DNA from: a virus | Taxonomy: Duplodnaviria > Caudoviricetes | Direction: 5' to 3' (one strand) | Virus record (IMG/VR): IMGVR_UViG_3300045931_000157 | Coordinates: 1 to 59,828 of that record | DNA: 59,828 nt | Shown here: positions 19,781-30,482 of the stretch, in pieces | Layout of the letters: each line of letters begins with the position of its first letter | Position numbering within the stretch: the first letter of the stretch is position 1 | Made by a program: the position numbers and the translations under genes | The notes under the pieces: generated by a model | Told to the model about the DNA's origin: nothing | Database searches by the model: none | The model's input: only the letters and a program-made list of their open reading frames with translations

Positions 19781-20235
19781 CGGCGCAGCTTGTAGGCTGC
19801 GGTGTTCCAGTCGCGCGTGTCCATCTGTTCGATGAACGGCACCAGGATGCCAGACAGAGCTGCAATCATGTACGTCATCTTGCGCTCGTCGTGCACCACA
19901 TCACCTTCGGCATTGAAGCGCACTGGGTTGCCGTAGCGGTTGATGTCGAGTGCCTTCGGCTCACGCAAGGTGATTTCCTTTAGCAGCTCACCCTTGTCAT
20001 TGTGGATCGGCCGCAGCAGCTTGACGACGAGTGGCCATTGGTCAGCGTCAAGCGGCGGCAGCTCAGCAGGGGAAGGCTCGATGGTCGGCGGCGGCGTAGC
20101 GCGTGCCGTTGCTGGCTGGGCCTTCTCCTTGTCAGGTGCTGGTGCTGCCACCTGCTCTGGCTCTGCAGGCGGCGGCATGGTGGGAGGTGTGTCGTTGCGG
20201 AAGCCTTCACGCTGCTGGGTCCGTCCGTTGTTCAC
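19750..20235 (-). CDS. Tail assembly chaperone (Mu gp41-like)
   Basis: EITLREPKALD and IEQMDTRDW motifs; lies between tube and tape measure genes. Confidence 0.8.
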   Translation of the reverse strand: MNNGRTQQREGFRNDTPPTMPPPAEPEQVAAPAPDKEKAQPATARATPPPTIEPSPAELPPLDADQWPLVVKLLRPIHNDKGELLKEITLREPKALDINRYGNPVRFNAEGDVVHDERKMTYMIAALSGILVPFIEQMDTRDWNTAAYKLRRFFLPDLTAW

Positions 20236-20248
20236 TGGAGCCTCCGTG

Positions 20249-20614
20249 TTAGATCGAGATTTCCTCGCAGGTCACGCCTTCCCAACGAACACGCGCCTGG
20301 CCGTCGCGTGAGTTGTTTTCGAGGCCGCCTTTGCAGGTGGCCCCGATCAGCGTGTACTGCATGTGGTTGGCGAGCTGTGCCACCACGGTGACGTCGGTCT
20401 GCGCCACCAGGTCCTCCAGGTAGAAGCCCGGCATCGTTGAAATGTCTGCTTCGATGTATGGCACGCGCGGCAGCTCCTGGTAGCCGTGCACACCATCCTG
20501 GCCAGCGAGCATGGTGCGCTCGACTGGTGATGGCGACACGGTGAAATTGCCGCGCAGTGCCAGCTGCTGCCCATCGACCGTCAAGAAGGCGATGCCAGCG
20601 ATTCTCTCTGCCAT
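20249..20614 (-). CDS. Tail tube protein (Mu gpM-like)
   Basis: RIAGIAFLTVDG...GQDGVHGYQELP. Confidence 0.9.
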   Translation of the reverse strand: MAERIAGIAFLTVDGQQLALRGNFTVSPSPVERTMLAGQDGVHGYQELPRVPYIEADISTMPGFYLEDLVAQTDVTVVAQLANHMQYTLIGATCKGGLENNSRDGQARVRWEGVTCEEISI

Positions 20615-20648
20615 TGTCGTTACTCCTCAGTGAGTGGTGATGGTGCCG

Positions 20649-22229
20649 CTAGAGCTGCGAAGCGGCGTTGAACGGCGGCTGGTTGGGGCCGATGATTTCA
20701 ACGTCAATGCCCCGGTCGTACTGCAGCCTGAACTGCGCCAGCACCGAGAAGATGCGCAGCTGATTGATCAGGTCCGGGGGATACAGGACGTTGATGCGGT
20801 TCGGGTTGTTCGGATCGCGCTCGACCAGGAGGTGGCGCTTAAAGTTTTTCAGGTCCTCCACCAGGCCGTTGAACATGTCGATTTGATATTGCGCGATCAG
20901 CTCAGCCTTGATGATGCCAGGAGTGACGACGACCTGGCCGGGGCCGAACCTGGTGCCATCATTCGCCAGCTTGTGCCTGGGGAATTTCTTGGTGATGGCG
21001 TGCCGCTGATTGCGCAGTAGCTTGGCGAGGGTCGCAAGCGTGGTCACCAGTTCATACGCATCATCTGTCTGCTCGTAGATGTTGAACTGGTAGGTCGTTT
21101 GCTCGCGGGCAATCATCGGCTGGTTGTCCCCGCCGAGCTTCTGAATCGCCAGGCCGTTGCTGGCCAGGCTGTTCAGCTCAACGAAATCAAACCGGAAGCC
21201 GATTGGTGCAGCCTTGATCTTGTTGAGCGTCAAGGCTTGCAGCGGCCTGGCCGGATCGTTGACCAGGGCACGCTGAGCCTTTGCAGTGTAAGCCGCCGCC
21301 CACTCAAACGTAGGCGAGGGGCTGAACTGCTCCACTGCCATGATCGACTCGACGCCGCTGTTCTGACCAGCACCAAACGTGATCAGGGCGTTGTAGCCAG
21401 TGTCGCCACCGCTGCCGCGCTTGGCTGAGAACACATGGCCAAACAGCTGGCGCTGCCAGCCCCAGCGGCCCTGGTCGGTAAAGCCAAATTCCTGATCCCA
21501 GTCGAACAGGGACTGCGGATCGGCATATGGCATCGCGACGAACTCGAAAGGCTCCTCGCCCAGGTTGAGGATCGCGGCGTCGAAATCCGGCTGACCAGCT
21601 CCACCAGCCAGGAAGCCGCCGACCGGCAGCTGCAGGTCCAGGCCAGTCGGTGTGCGCTGGCCACCACGCGCGCCGAAATAGTTGAGCGTAACGGCGATTT
21701 CATTCGCGTTGATGCTCTTGAAGCTGGACGTGAGGGTGACAGCCGTTGCCGTGGCAGATGCTGTCACCGGCAAGGTGGCATCGTCGTTGATGGCAGCCGC
21801 GATTGCAGCTGCAGTGTTGGCCGAGGTGTCAGACGAGCCGACATTCACCGGCACATATGTTCCGGCAATGTAGAGGTGGATCGTGCCCGCCTCAGTGGCT
21901 GGCGTTGCCACAGTGATGGTGCCGGTCGAAGGGCTGCTACCAACTGGCTCAGAAATCGGCAGGCCCCACACCTCGTTCGCAAAATTGTTTGCGAAGTAGG
22001 CACGGAACATGCGCGCCAGCTCACTGTCCATGCCGAAGGCTTCATCGGCTTGGGTCTGGCTGCCAATCGGGATCGCGATGTCGGGAGTGGCAAGGCCATC
22101 ACCAGTCATGACGCCGACCAGCAAGGCACGCAGGTTGATGCTCGGAAGCCCCGCCATGCTCGGATCAACTTCGACCCAGTACAGTGGGACTTTGATATTC
22201 GCGGGAATGTTGGCGAAGGAAATGGGCAT
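20649..22229 (-). CDS. Contractile tail sheath protein (Mu gpL-like)
   Basis: ISFANIPANIKVPL, DPARPLQAL, FPRHKLANDG and DLINQLRIF motifs. Confidence 0.94.
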   Translation of the reverse strand: MPISFANIPANIKVPLYWVEVDPSMAGLPSINLRALLVGVMTGDGLATPDIAIPIGSQTQADEAFGMDSELARMFRAYFANNFANEVWGLPISEPVGSSPSTGTITVATPATEAGTIHLYIAGTYVPVNVGSSDTSANTAAAIAAAINDDATLPVTASATATAVTLTSSFKSINANEIAVTLNYFGARGGQRTPTGLDLQLPVGGFLAGGAGQPDFDAAILNLGEEPFEFVAMPYADPQSLFDWDQEFGFTDQGRWGWQRQLFGHVFSAKRGSGGDTGYNALITFGAGQNSGVESIMAVEQFSPSPTFEWAAAYTAKAQRALVNDPARPLQALTLNKIKAAPIGFRFDFVELNSLASNGLAIQKLGGDNQPMIAREQTTYQFNIYEQTDDAYELVTTLATLAKLLRNQRHAITKKFPRHKLANDGTRFGPGQVVVTPGIIKAELIAQYQIDMFNGLVEDLKNFKRHLLVERDPNNPNRINVLYPPDLINQLRIFSVLAQFRLQYDRGIDVEIIGPNQPPFNAASQL

Positions 22230-22271
22230 GGTCGTTGCTCCTGGTGTTGATCAAGAAAAAAGGCGCTGCGG

Positions 22272-22595
22272 TTAGGCAGCGCCCTTGGGTTCGTCATCGC
22301 GAGGCCTACTGCCTCGCTTTTGTTTTGGTGGCCCGCCTTCCAGTGTCACCCCACCGTCAGCCAGGCGGCGCTTGGTGAAACGATCATTCGGCCATTCCGC
22401 ACCGCCTTCGGCGAGGAAGGCCATGCCGTTGGGATGCTTCAGCACGCGCCGAAGGTCCTCATTGGCTGGCACCACACGCACTGAGCTGGGCGGCCGGTTG
22501 GCCTTGCGCCTGGCGATGCGTTCCAGCTGGTGCTTCTTGCGCTCCGACAGCTGCCGATCTGCACGCTGTGGAGTGCGAATATTCACGTCAACCAT
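22272..22595 (-). CDS. Small basic protein, Mu gp38/DUF2635-like position
   Basis: Start MVDVNIR; HP...G..WP.DRFTKRRLADG.V; directly upstream of the sheath gene. Confidence 0.6.
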   Translation of the reverse strand: MVDVNIRTPQRADRQLSERKKHQLERIARRKANRPPSSVRVVPANEDLRRVLKHPNGMAFLAEGGAEWPNDRFTKRRLADGGVTLEGGPPKQKRGSRPRDDEPKGAA

Positions 22596-23253
22596 GTTGC
22601 CGTTCCTTTCGTTTGCTTGCTGCCCCTTCCAGAACCAGGTCGAGGCCGACCTGCTTGCGCTGGGCCATCTCCTCCTCCGTCTCACCGATCTTGATGCCGG
22701 TGCGGACATTGATTTCGAGCAGGTCATCAGTGATGACAGGCTCAAAATAGGTGCGCGTGTTGACCTGCATCTGGTACTGCAGCTCGACGGTCGGAGTTTC
22801 GTTGTTCAACCCGGTCACACCAAACACGGTTCGGCGCTGACCACGTTCGATGCTTTCGACCCTGGTGTTGCCAGGGTTCTGCATGCCGGTGTGCGGGTTG
22901 AAGGTGTCCAGCATGTTCATGACGTACTGATCGCAAAACAGGCGATCCATGATGTGCCAGAACACCCGGTCGACGACGCGCTCGCCTTCTGCATCATCAT
23001 TGCGCGAAATCATCACCGAGAAGCTGATGCGCGCCGAATGCATGAAGCCAATCATGCCGTGGTTGCCCTGGCCATCCGGCACCATGGTTTCGTCACCCAG
23101 GTAGATGCCGAGGTACGGCAGATGCTCAGGCTGTATCTGCAGCATCGGTGTCTTGCGCTTGGTCCATTTCTCGAAGAACGGATCAGCCTTCAGCGTGTCG
23201 AAAAACACGTCGCGGATGATCAGCGAATAGCTCTGCTCGGTGTCAGTTGCCAT
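22588..23253 (-). CDS. Putative tail terminator
   Basis: Synteny; LPYLGIYLGDE motif. Confidence 0.6.
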   Translation of the reverse strand: MATDTEQSYSLIIRDVFFDTLKADPFFEKWTKRKTPMLQIQPEHLPYLGIYLGDETMVPDGQGNHGMIGFMHSARISFSVMISRNDDAEGERVVDRVFWHIMDRLFCDQYVMNMLDTFNPHTGMQNPGNTRVESIERGQRRTVFGVTGLNNETPTVELQYQMQVNTRTYFEPVITDDLLEINVRTGIKIGETEEEMAQRKQVGLDLVLEGAASKRKERQHG

Positions 23254-23605
23254 CCTTGGTTTCCACCTTGCGAATGGTCAGCATCATCTGGCCGCCGCCA
23301 TCGTCAGAGCTGTCGATGATCTGGTAAGTGCCCTTCGGCGTTTCGTTGCAATCCATTGGAATGATCACCTGGTCATTCTGCAGCGGCAGCACAGCGAACT
23401 CGTTGATGCGAATGTCGAGGATGGTGCGCTGGTCCGAATAGATCGAACCGTCTTCGGCTGGCACGTCCAGCGAATAGGTGTTGAGGATGCCGCGCCCTGC
23501 GTACTCAGGCATGCCTGGCTGTGATGCCAGCGGCACGAACGTGCACGGCACGGCGTAGAAATCGAACACTGGTGATTGCAGCAGCACGCTCAGGTTCACT
23601 GGCAT
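23243..23605 (-). CDS. Head-tail joining/closure protein (gpFII-like)
   Basis: 120 aa beta-rich; YQIID...DDGGG...L.IR end. Confidence 0.65.
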   Translation of the reverse strand: MPVNLSVLLQSPVFDFYAVPCTFVPLASQPGMPEYAGRGILNTYSLDVPAEDGSIYSDQRTILDIRINEFAVLPLQNDQVIIPMDCNETPKGTYQIIDSSDDGGGQMMLTIRKVETKDGN

Positions 23606-23615
23606 GGTGTGCAGC

Positions 23616-24089
23616 TCACTTCGGCCATTTCAAAACCTCCTGAGCGAAGCTGGTCATTCGCTCGTACAGCTTGTCCTGCAGGACCTTGCGCAGGATCGGC
23701 TTGCGAGTGCCGACCACGCGCGGCGCGCGGGCATGCTTTGGACTGGCAGAAAACTTTTTCGGCTGGTGCTCCTTCGGCGCGATGATGCGCGGAATTGGAA
23801 CGATGCCCTTTAGCTTCATTTCACGGATGCGAGCGCGGCGAGCTCTGGCACGCCACTGGGCCTCACTGCGCTTCCTGCCGCGCGGCTGCAGCAGCGTGAA
23901 CACGCGCTGCTCCTTGGCACCACCGTAGCGGCTGGTGCGTGACCATGGCTTGCGGCGGTTCAGGTCCTCGCCCTGCCAGGCCATGAACTCGTCCTGCCAG
24001 TCCTGCTCTCGAAACACCGAATAGCGGCGTTCCAGCAGGTCGAATTTCTTGAGCAGCGGGTCGAGGCCGTCCAGATGAAAGCTAAACAT
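23616..24089 (-). CDS. Basic neck/tail completion-type protein
   Basis: Start MFSFHLDGLD overlapping the upstream stop; very Arg/Lys-rich; synteny. Confidence 0.5.
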   Translation of the reverse strand: MFSFHLDGLDPLLKKFDLLERRYSVFREQDWQDEFMAWQGEDLNRRKPWSRTSRYGGAKEQRVFTLLQPRGRKRSEAQWRARARRARIREMKLKGIVPIPRIIAPKEHQPKKFSASPKHARAPRVVGTRKPILRKVLQDKLYERMTSFAQEVLKWPK

Positions 24090-24717
24090 AGAGGCGCGTG
24101 TATTTGTAAAGCAGCGCGTTGACTGTCTCACCCATGGCCTTGATCGGTGAGCCACCGGAGTCACTGCTGCCTGAAGGAGCATCGAAAAACTGCACGCGGG
24201 TTTCGCGATGCGCGATTGATTTGATGCCGCTCACAGCTTCACGCGCCCCCTGGACGCGGGCGCTCTGAATCATCAGCAGTGCTGCCTGCTTGAGTGCAGG
24301 AGGTGCTTCGGCTGGCAGATTGTAGCCGCCCGTGTAGATCACCTGCACCGGCTCAGCATAGCTGCCGAACAGCAGCAGCTTGCCTTCCGCATTGTCCAGT
24401 TCCCAGCTGCCGGTTTCGGCCAGCCCTGGAGCCAGGATCGTTTCGATGTCCTCGTCCTTGGCGACTGGGTAGCGCGTCAAGTAGATGCGATTGCAGTCCA
24501 ACACTGGCGTGTTGCCGCGCCAGATTTCGCGCACCTTCTCCTTGCCGAACACGCGATTGCACATGGTGGCAATCGTGTCGCTGTACTGGTCGATCAAAGC
24601 CTGCAGCTGCACGTCCTGTGAGGTGTCGGTGATTCCGAAATAGCCCTTCACCTCAGCCAGTGTCAGCAGCGCGTAGCTGCTGGCAGGCGTCAGGATTTTC
24701 ACCGTTATGTCGGCCAT
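24082..24717 (-). CDS. Head-tail connector (gp6-like)
   Basis: LLTLAEVKGYFGI...D..LQALI and YTGGY...PPALKQA motifs. Confidence 0.82.
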   Translation of the reverse strand: MADITVKILTPASSYALLTLAEVKGYFGITDTSQDVQLQALIDQYSDTIATMCNRVFGKEKVREIWRGNTPVLDCNRIYLTRYPVAKDEDIETILAPGLAETGSWELDNAEGKLLLFGSYAEPVQVIYTGGYNLPAEAPPALKQAALLMIQSARVQGAREAVSGIKSIAHRETRVQFFDAPSGSSDSGGSPIKAMGETVNALLYKYTRLYV

Positions 24718-25838
24718 CAGCGAGTCTCGATCTGGTACTGCTCGAACAGCTCACGCAGCTCCATGGCAGGTGCTTCACTGCCATCTGTCATCACTGCGAA
24801 AACCTGGAATTCGTCACGATCAACGCGCCAGCTTGCAATGGCAGGAGCTGCTGGACCTGGTTGGCCGCGTGCACCTGGTGCTCCAGGATCACCCTTCGGC
24901 CCTTGCCCCCCTCGGCGGCCTTGGCGCGCAATCATCTGCCAGCCATCACCTGGGCACGGACCTGGCTTGTCACGCACTGCGATGAAGCTGCCACCGTCAC
25001 TGGCCACGATGTCCAGGCAGCGATACTCAGCCGCCTCGGCATAGAGGCCCTTCACCTCTGGCCACTTGGCATCACGCCCATTGCGACCGGCTGCAGCCAG
25101 CAAGGTCCAGCTGTCAGATGGCGGTTGCGTTGCGGTGTCGCGCTTGGCCTGGAAGGTGCAGCCATCCCAGGTGACCACGTCACCACGATAGTGCACCTCA
25201 CCAGGTGCGAAGGCCTTGGCCTGTGGCAGCACACCAGGTGTGCCGTCCTTGCCAGGCTCACCGTTCTGCCCTGGTGCTCCAGGCTCACCTTGCGGACCTG
25301 GTGGCCCTTGCTCCCCAGCATGGCCTGGTGGTCCAGGCTCACCAGGTGGCCCTTGCGGTCCAGGCTCACCTGGCTGAGCTGGTGGCCCAGGAGGCCCTGC
25401 AGGACCAGGCGGGCCTTGCTCACCAGGTGGCCCTTGCTCACCTGGCTGAGCCGGTTCGGCAGGCTGGCCAGGCTCCCCGGCAGGACCTGGAGGCCCAGGT
25501 TCGCCCTGCGGCCCCTGCTCCCCTGGCTTGCCTGGCTCGCCCTGCGATCCTGCTGGCCCTGCAGGACCTGGTGCCCCTGGTTCGCCGTTCTGCACAGCGG
25601 CCATGCGCACCTGGACAGTCTCAAGCATGGTGCCTCTGAACTGCAGCACCTCGGCCTTCAGCTCCGCGATCACCTGAGCTGCTTGTGCCTGGATCAGTTC
25701 ACGCTCGCGCTGCCACTGCGCGCGCTCAGTTGCCAGCACCTCAGCCAGGGCTTCGCGCCAGGCTTCAAGCAGACAATCGGCGGCGGCCGATGCGGGCAGC
25801 GGAGGCAAGGAGGTTTCGTGCTTCCCGTTGGATGTCAT
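24717..25838 (-). CDS. Collagen-like head-associated protein with carbohydrate-binding-like repeats
   Basis: Long G-X-Y run; [15 protein letters not shown]...WTLL and [12 protein letters not shown]...PGDGWQ; likely start MTSNGK. Confidence 0.78.
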   Translation of the reverse strand: MTSNGKHETSLPPLPASAAADCLLEAWREALAEVLATERAQWQRERELIQAQAAQVIAELKAEVLQFRGTMLETVQVRMAAVQNGEPGAPGPAGPAGSQGEPGKPGEQGPQGEPGPPGPAGEPGQPAEPAQPGEQGPPGEQGPPGPAGPPGPPAQPGEPGPQGPPGEPGPPGHAGEQGPPGPQGEPGAPGQNGEPGKDGTPGVLPQAKAFAPGEVHYRGDVVTWDGCTFQAKRDTATQPPSDSWTLLAAAGRNGRDAKWPEVKGLYAEAAEYRCLDIVASDGGSFIAVRDKPGPCPGDGWQMIARQGRRGGQGPKGDPGAPGARGQPGPAAPAIASWRVDRDEFQVFAVMTDGSEAPAMELRELFEQYQIETR

Positions 25839-27195
25839 CGCGGCGTTCCTTCTCAGGAGGAGGAGCTGCATCGCCAGATGCTTCAGCTGGAGGAGCTGCA
25901 GGCGGTGCACCAGGTCCAGGAGCTGACGGAATGCCTGCAGCTGCGGAGAGCGGCACCACCTGCTGCTGCACGCGCGGCTCGTCGCCAAATTCCACGCTGT
26001 CAAAGCCTTCGGCGTTGCGTGCTTCGTTGGGGGCGAAGATCCCGCCCTGCACGCCACGCGCCAGGGCCTCGATGCGATCCCGCATGGCACTGCGCAGCAG
26101 AGCTGCAGTGTCAAACTCCAGGTATTCGTCAGGCTGGCCGTATAACTGAAACAGCAGGCCGAAAGCCTCCTCGATGTGATTGAGCGCGAAGCCAAGGCCG
26201 GTCGAAATCCAGGCCTGCATCAAGGCCTCGGTGGTGTTGAAGCCAGAGCTGCCCAGGCCCAGCACCTGCAGCGGAATGCGATACGCCAGCGCGATATTGT
26301 CATTCGACAGCTTGAGCATTTCGGCTGTCGCTGCATCCTTGCCGCCATAGGACCAGGGCTGCACCTTCAGGCCTGCAGTGAGGATCGGCGTGCCGCCCTG
26401 GTGCAGGCCTGCAGCCTGCTCATTCCAACGATCACGCAGGTGCTGCACGTCATCCTTGTCCAGCACTAGGTCGGTCGATAGCACTGCCGAAGGCCTGGCC
26501 TGGTTGGCATAGAACTGCATCTGCTGCTTGGCGATGGCGCTGGTCACGGCCATGTCGTCATAGGCAGCGACGACAGGCGACTCTCCCACCAGCGGCTGCG
26601 GGTAGCGGTGGCGCGTGGTGTGCAGTCTGATGTGCAGCACATCACGTTGCGGCACGATGAGCTGGTAGCCGTTGAGGCGCTTGTCGATCACGTCATTGCC
26701 GCCGAGCTGGTAGAACACGTCACCTGTCTCGGCCACCAGTGGCGCGCACTGGTCCGAGTTCATCAGGTGCAGCTCATCAATCTCGAAACGGGAATTGCGG
26801 AGTGCGAGAGCGTATGCGTTGCCTTCGCTGTACAGCCAGCGCGTAGCGTTGAGCATGAAATCCGAAATGCTCTGATACAAATTCGGCTTGCGCAGAATGC
26901 GCGACAGTGCCGAGGTGGCCACGCGATCTCGGCCGCCCTTCTCGTTGGCGCGCCAGTGATCGCCTGGGCACATCGCCACGGTCTGGCTGTAGGCCGACAC
27001 GCAGGCCTCCACCATGGCCGAGCGCGGCCCGTAGGTGGGGCTGATGCCGAGCTGCCACCAATTCCAGGGCGAACCAGCGGGCAGCACGCCACCTGTCACC
27101 GGCAAGAAATACGGCCCAGGGTGCGGGACACCCTCGGCTGCCTTGCCGATCAGCAGGCGTGCTGCCGCCCTGGTCAACCAGTTCAGCGGACTCAT
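25765..27195 (-). CDS. Portal protein, HK97 family
   Basis: [24 protein letters not shown]...GESP and NEARNAEG motifs. Confidence 0.93.
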   Translation of the reverse strand: MSPLNWLTRAAARLLIGKAAEGVPHPGPYFLPVTGGVLPAGSPWNWWQLGISPTYGPRSAMVEACVSAYSQTVAMCPGDHWRANEKGGRDRVATSALSRILRKPNLYQSISDFMLNATRWLYSEGNAYALALRNSRFEIDELHLMNSDQCAPLVAETGDVFYQLGGNDVIDKRLNGYQLIVPQRDVLHIRLHTTRHRYPQPLVGESPVVAAYDDMAVTSAIAKQQMQFYANQARPSAVLSTDLVLDKDDVQHLRDRWNEQAAGLHQGGTPILTAGLKVQPWSYGGKDAATAEMLKLSNDNIALAYRIPLQVLGLGSSGFNTTEALMQAWISTGLGFALNHIEEAFGLLFQLYGQPDEYLEFDTAALLRSAMRDRIEALARGVQGGIFAPNEARNAEGFDSVEFGDEPRVQQQVVPLSAAAGIPSAPGPGAPPAAPPAEASGDAAPPPEKERRDDIQREARNLLASAARIGRRRLSA

Positions 27196-27470
27196 GCTGC
27201 TGGAGTGGCTGCCCTGGTTTGATAGTTGCCGCGACCGCGCTTGTCAGCTTCGCTCTGCTTGGTCTGCGGCCCGTTTCCAGGCGGTGAACCATCTGGCTCG
27301 TGCTCCATGATGTGTTCACCACAAGCAGCGCGGTCGTTCTCCTCCTGCGTCGGCGTCGGCTTGGCAGCAGCAACAGCTTCACGCTGCTCTGCCGTCGCCT
27401 TGGCGTGCTCCTCGCGGCGCTTCTTTTCGTCCTCGTACAGCTTCTTCGCAGCTTCGTTCTGGTCGGCCAT
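27192..27470 (-). CDS. Hypothetical protein (92 aa)
   Basis: RBS AAGGAG; coupled to the portal gene; PTPTQEEND motif. Confidence 0.7.
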   Translation of the reverse strand: MADQNEAAKKLYEDEKKRREEHAKATAEQREAVAAAKPTPTQEENDRAACGEHIMEHEPDGSPPGNGPQTKQSEADKRGRGNYQTRAATPAA

Positions 27471-27607
27471 TGGAGTCTCCTTGGTTGAAGGTCAAAAGGT
27501 GGTGACGTTTTTTCTGATTTGGAAAAGGAAGGCGACCAGGGTTTGTGTTGGGTCGCCTTCCCCAGGTGCCTGGCAGCTGCCCGGACCCGAACCAGCTGCC
27601 GTGGCCC

Positions 27608-29752
27608 TTACCAGGTAACGCCCTGGACCCAGGCGACGGTGCCAGTGCGCTGCAACGTCCAGTTCACCGGCAGGATCAACCGCAGCGCCAGGCTGTCAGT
27701 CTGGAACATCGAGCGCGTGGGAGCTGCCACGACACCTGGTGTGCCAACCGTGCCGATCTGCGCCGGGTTGGTGTCCTCCATGTGGAGGGTTGCCTGGTCG
27801 CTCACCTCGAAGCGCGGAGCCTCGGCACCGACCGAAACGAAATCGGCGGCGTCGAGCGCAATCACCGTGCCAGCCGGCACATGGCCGCTGTCGATGATTG
27901 GCCAGCCAGACATGCTGCCTGCCCGCACTTCGTCGCGGAACGGGAAGGCACCGCTGTTCGGCCCGACCGTGAATCCGATGCTGTTGAGCTGCTGCGGATT
28001 CATCAGCCAGACAGGATTGCGCAGATTGCCGTTCGTGCCAGTGAGCAGCGCGGCAGTGATCTGCTTGATGTCACCGACCAGGGCGTTGAAGCCGCCGCCG
28101 GTCGTGGCCGTCAAGGCTGCCACACCGTACAGGATGCCAGCAGGCCGGATTGCTGTGTCAACGTTGGCGTCGAGCAGGACAGAATCGAGCGAAACTGACG
28201 TGTCCTCCTGGATGCAGTTGCGCAGCAGCGGTTGAATTGCGGGCGTGCTGTGTTCGTCAATCTCCCTGGTCCAGGTGGTGATGACGCCCATTTTTTTCGG
28301 CAGCAGCGTGACCGCCGAGAATGCAGCCATCCGCACCGGGATCGGATTGCCTTCACCGACGAACGAGCCAGCGATGGTCGGCGTGGTTCGGCGCGTCGGC
28401 ACGACGAGCTTGCCATCAGCTCCGAATGTCACGCTGGTGCCCATGCCAGCCAGGCGCGGATACACCGCTTTCGGCTGCAGCAGTGGCAGGAAGCCGAGAT
28501 TGCGCTGACTGACCAGTTCAGCTGCCCAGTTCGACGGCCCAGCTCCAGTCGTCGTTGCTGGCACGGTGGCGGCCTTGGTAATCAGCTCCTGGACCAGGCG
28601 AATTTCGTGATCTTCGCCGAACAGGAGATGGATCGCCTCGGCCTCTGATTTGCGTTGCGAAGCCGCGAGCATCTTGGCCATGCACATCCTGGTGTACACG
28701 TCCATGATGTCCACGGCCTTGCCATTCGTGAACGGCTGGCGCGGCTTGGCCGGAACAGTGCTCGGCCTGGTCTGCACAGCACCGCCGCGTGCCACCGGCA
28801 CCGGCAGCTGAGCCTGCACCTGAGCTGCTTGTGCAGTCTCACCGAGGCGGGCTTCGTTGTCCTTCAGCATCTGATGAAGGGCAGCCTCGCGGTCGATCTT
28901 GTCCTTCAGCTCCTTGTTGGTTTCCAGGTCCGCGTCGGTGACGTTGTTATCGTCAATCAACTCGGTGTGCTTCTGCAGCTCATCACGCGCTGCATTCAGA
29001 CGCTGCTCGGCGTCTGCAATCCGTTGTGCTAGCGACGACATTGTTTTGATCCTTGTGGGAGGGGTTTCGGCATGCTTGCCGCGATCCCCGCGCCGCACGA
29101 TGCCGCCCCGTGCGCCATGCTTGGCGAAAACGGCATCGAGTGTTGCGGGGGAAATCTTCAGTGACTTGGCGATGGCCAGTGCGTTGGGATTTGCTGGCAC
29201 TGCGACGATGCTTGTCTCAACCAGCTTTTGCTTGACGTAGAAGGAGCCGAAATCGGTTTCCTCGCGCGGCCTGGTTTCGATGGGCTTGAAGCCCACCGAG
29301 GCAGCTTTCAAAATTCCGGCCTCGACCAGCTTGCGGATTTCGTCAACGCGATCTGATGTGCCGAGCGGCGCTAGCTCCAGCTTGCCGCGCAGCTGCTTGC
29401 CGACGACGCGCACGTTGGTCCAGGTGCCGATGATGAAATCGGACTGGTGACTGAACAGCGCAATCGGGTTTAGCTTGAACTCCTCGAGCTGCCAGCCGCT
29501 CGACAGGATGATGTCGTCCATGCGGTCAGGCGTTTCATCTGACAGCACGAACTCCAGGCCATCCTGCTTGGCTGCAGGCTTCCGCTTCCTGATGATGCCG
29601 TCCGCGCTGCGCTCATCCCAAATGATTTCGCAGGCTGTCTCGTCGCCCAGCTCATCGACGCAGCGATCCATGAAATCGTCGAAGGTTTCGTCATCATCAG
29701 GCGTGATTTCACGCGCGACGACGCAGCCGCCGTCGAGGACGTGCTTGGTCAT
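27608..29752 (-). CDS. Fused prohead protease / major capsid protein (HK97 fold)
   Basis: Protease: DRMDDII, NPIALFSH, ASVGF, ETSIVAVPANPNA. Capsid: FVGEGNPIP, WLMNP, SMFQTDSLALR. Confidence 0.93.
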   Translation of the reverse strand: MTKHVLDGGCVVAREITPDDDETFDDFMDRCVDELGDETACEIIWDERSADGIIRKRKPAAKQDGLEFVLSDETPDRMDDIILSSGWQLEEFKLNPIALFSHQSDFIIGTWTNVRVVGKQLRGKLELAPLGTSDRVDEIRKLVEAGILKAASVGFKPIETRPREETDFGSFYVKQKLVETSIVAVPANPNALAIAKSLKISPATLDAVFAKHGARGGIVRRGDRGKHAETPPTRIKTMSSLAQRIADAEQRLNAARDELQKHTELIDDNNVTDADLETNKELKDKIDREAALHQMLKDNEARLGETAQAAQVQAQLPVPVARGGAVQTRPSTVPAKPRQPFTNGKAVDIMDVYTRMCMAKMLAASQRKSEAEAIHLLFGEDHEIRLVQELITKAATVPATTTGAGPSNWAAELVSQRNLGFLPLLQPKAVYPRLAGMGTSVTFGADGKLVVPTRRTTPTIAGSFVGEGNPIPVRMAAFSAVTLLPKKMGVITTWTREIDEHSTPAIQPLLRNCIQEDTSVSLDSVLLDANVDTAIRPAGILYGVAALTATTGGGFNALVGDIKQITAALLTGTNGNLRNPVWLMNPQQLNSIGFTVGPNSGAFPFRDEVRAGSMSGWPIIDSGHVPAGTVIALDAADFVSVGAEAPRFEVSDQATLHMEDTNPAQIGTVGTPGVVAAPTRSMFQTDSLALRLILPVNWTLQRTGTVAWVQGVTW

Positions 29753-29775
29753 GGCTCTGCCCTTTTGCTGAGGTG

Positions 29776-30480
29776 CTACGACACTACGATCAGCACTGGA
29801 TCGTTGCCGCCGAGTGGCGGCCCGCTGCTCTGGCCTGGTGTCACTGTCAAATCAAACCAGCCGCCCATGTCGGCATTGGCAGTGATCGCGTAGCGTTTGA
29901 TCACTGTGGCATCCAATTTTTTCTGGATGGTGATGCTCTGGCCTGGCTTCACGCCTTGCCAGAACAGCGTCAGATCCCGGTTTTCGATGTCGCGCGCATC
30001 AACGAACAGGTGTGTCGCGTCATCCTGCGCCGCCGTGTCCCAGGCGATCTTCGTGTCACCAGGATCACCTGCCGTGGTCTGCGTTGTCTTGGCACTGTAA
30101 TCGAGCATCGTGCCAGTGGCGTTCGTGCCTGGTGCAGCATCCTGCTTCACCACCAGCTCGAATTGCCGCTCAGCCTCCTGCTCGATTGGCTGTCCGACAG
30201 CGCCAGAGTGCAGCTTGAGCAGCCTGATCGATCGCGAATGTTCCTCTGGCACGACCACCGCACCACCTGGCACCACGTTGATGGTGACTTCGCGCCCATC
30301 GGGCGCGTAAAGGCCGCTGTAGCGCGTGCCTTCTGCAGACACTGCAAATGCCAGCGTGGCAGGCGTCCACTCGGCGGGCATGTTGATGCGGACGATTTCG
30401 GCATTGTCACCAATATCGACGGCCTCTGACAGGCTCCCGCCTGCCGGAATGACTGGCCCCGTGATGACTTTCAGTGCCAT
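29776..30480 (-). CDS. Hypothetical two-domain structural protein
   Basis: 234-aa ORF in the head operon with RBS AGGAG. Confidence 0.65.
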   Translation of the reverse strand: MALKVITGPVIPAGGSLSEAVDIGDNAEIVRINMPAEWTPATLAFAVSAEGTRYSGLYAPDGREVTINVVPGGAVVVPEEHSRSIRLLKLHSGAVGQPIEQEAERQFELVVKQDAAPGTNATGTMLDYSAKTTQTTAGDPGDTKIAWDTAAQDDATHLFVDARDIENRDLTLFWQGVKPGQSITIQKKLDATVIKRYAITANADMGGWFDLTVTPGQSSGPPLGGNDPVLIVVS

Positions 30481-30482
30481 CG

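Noticed and set aside
11540-22229. Transposable Mu-like phage, tailocin or T6SS
   Set aside because: Only the tail is Mu-like; no transposase seen, and HK97-type head genes plus a tyrosine integrase are present
24660-26183. 507-aa plus-strand ORF and the 5' extension of the collagen ORF to 26195
   Set aside because: Antisense to, or overlapping, the portal and collagen genes; GC-rich shadow frames
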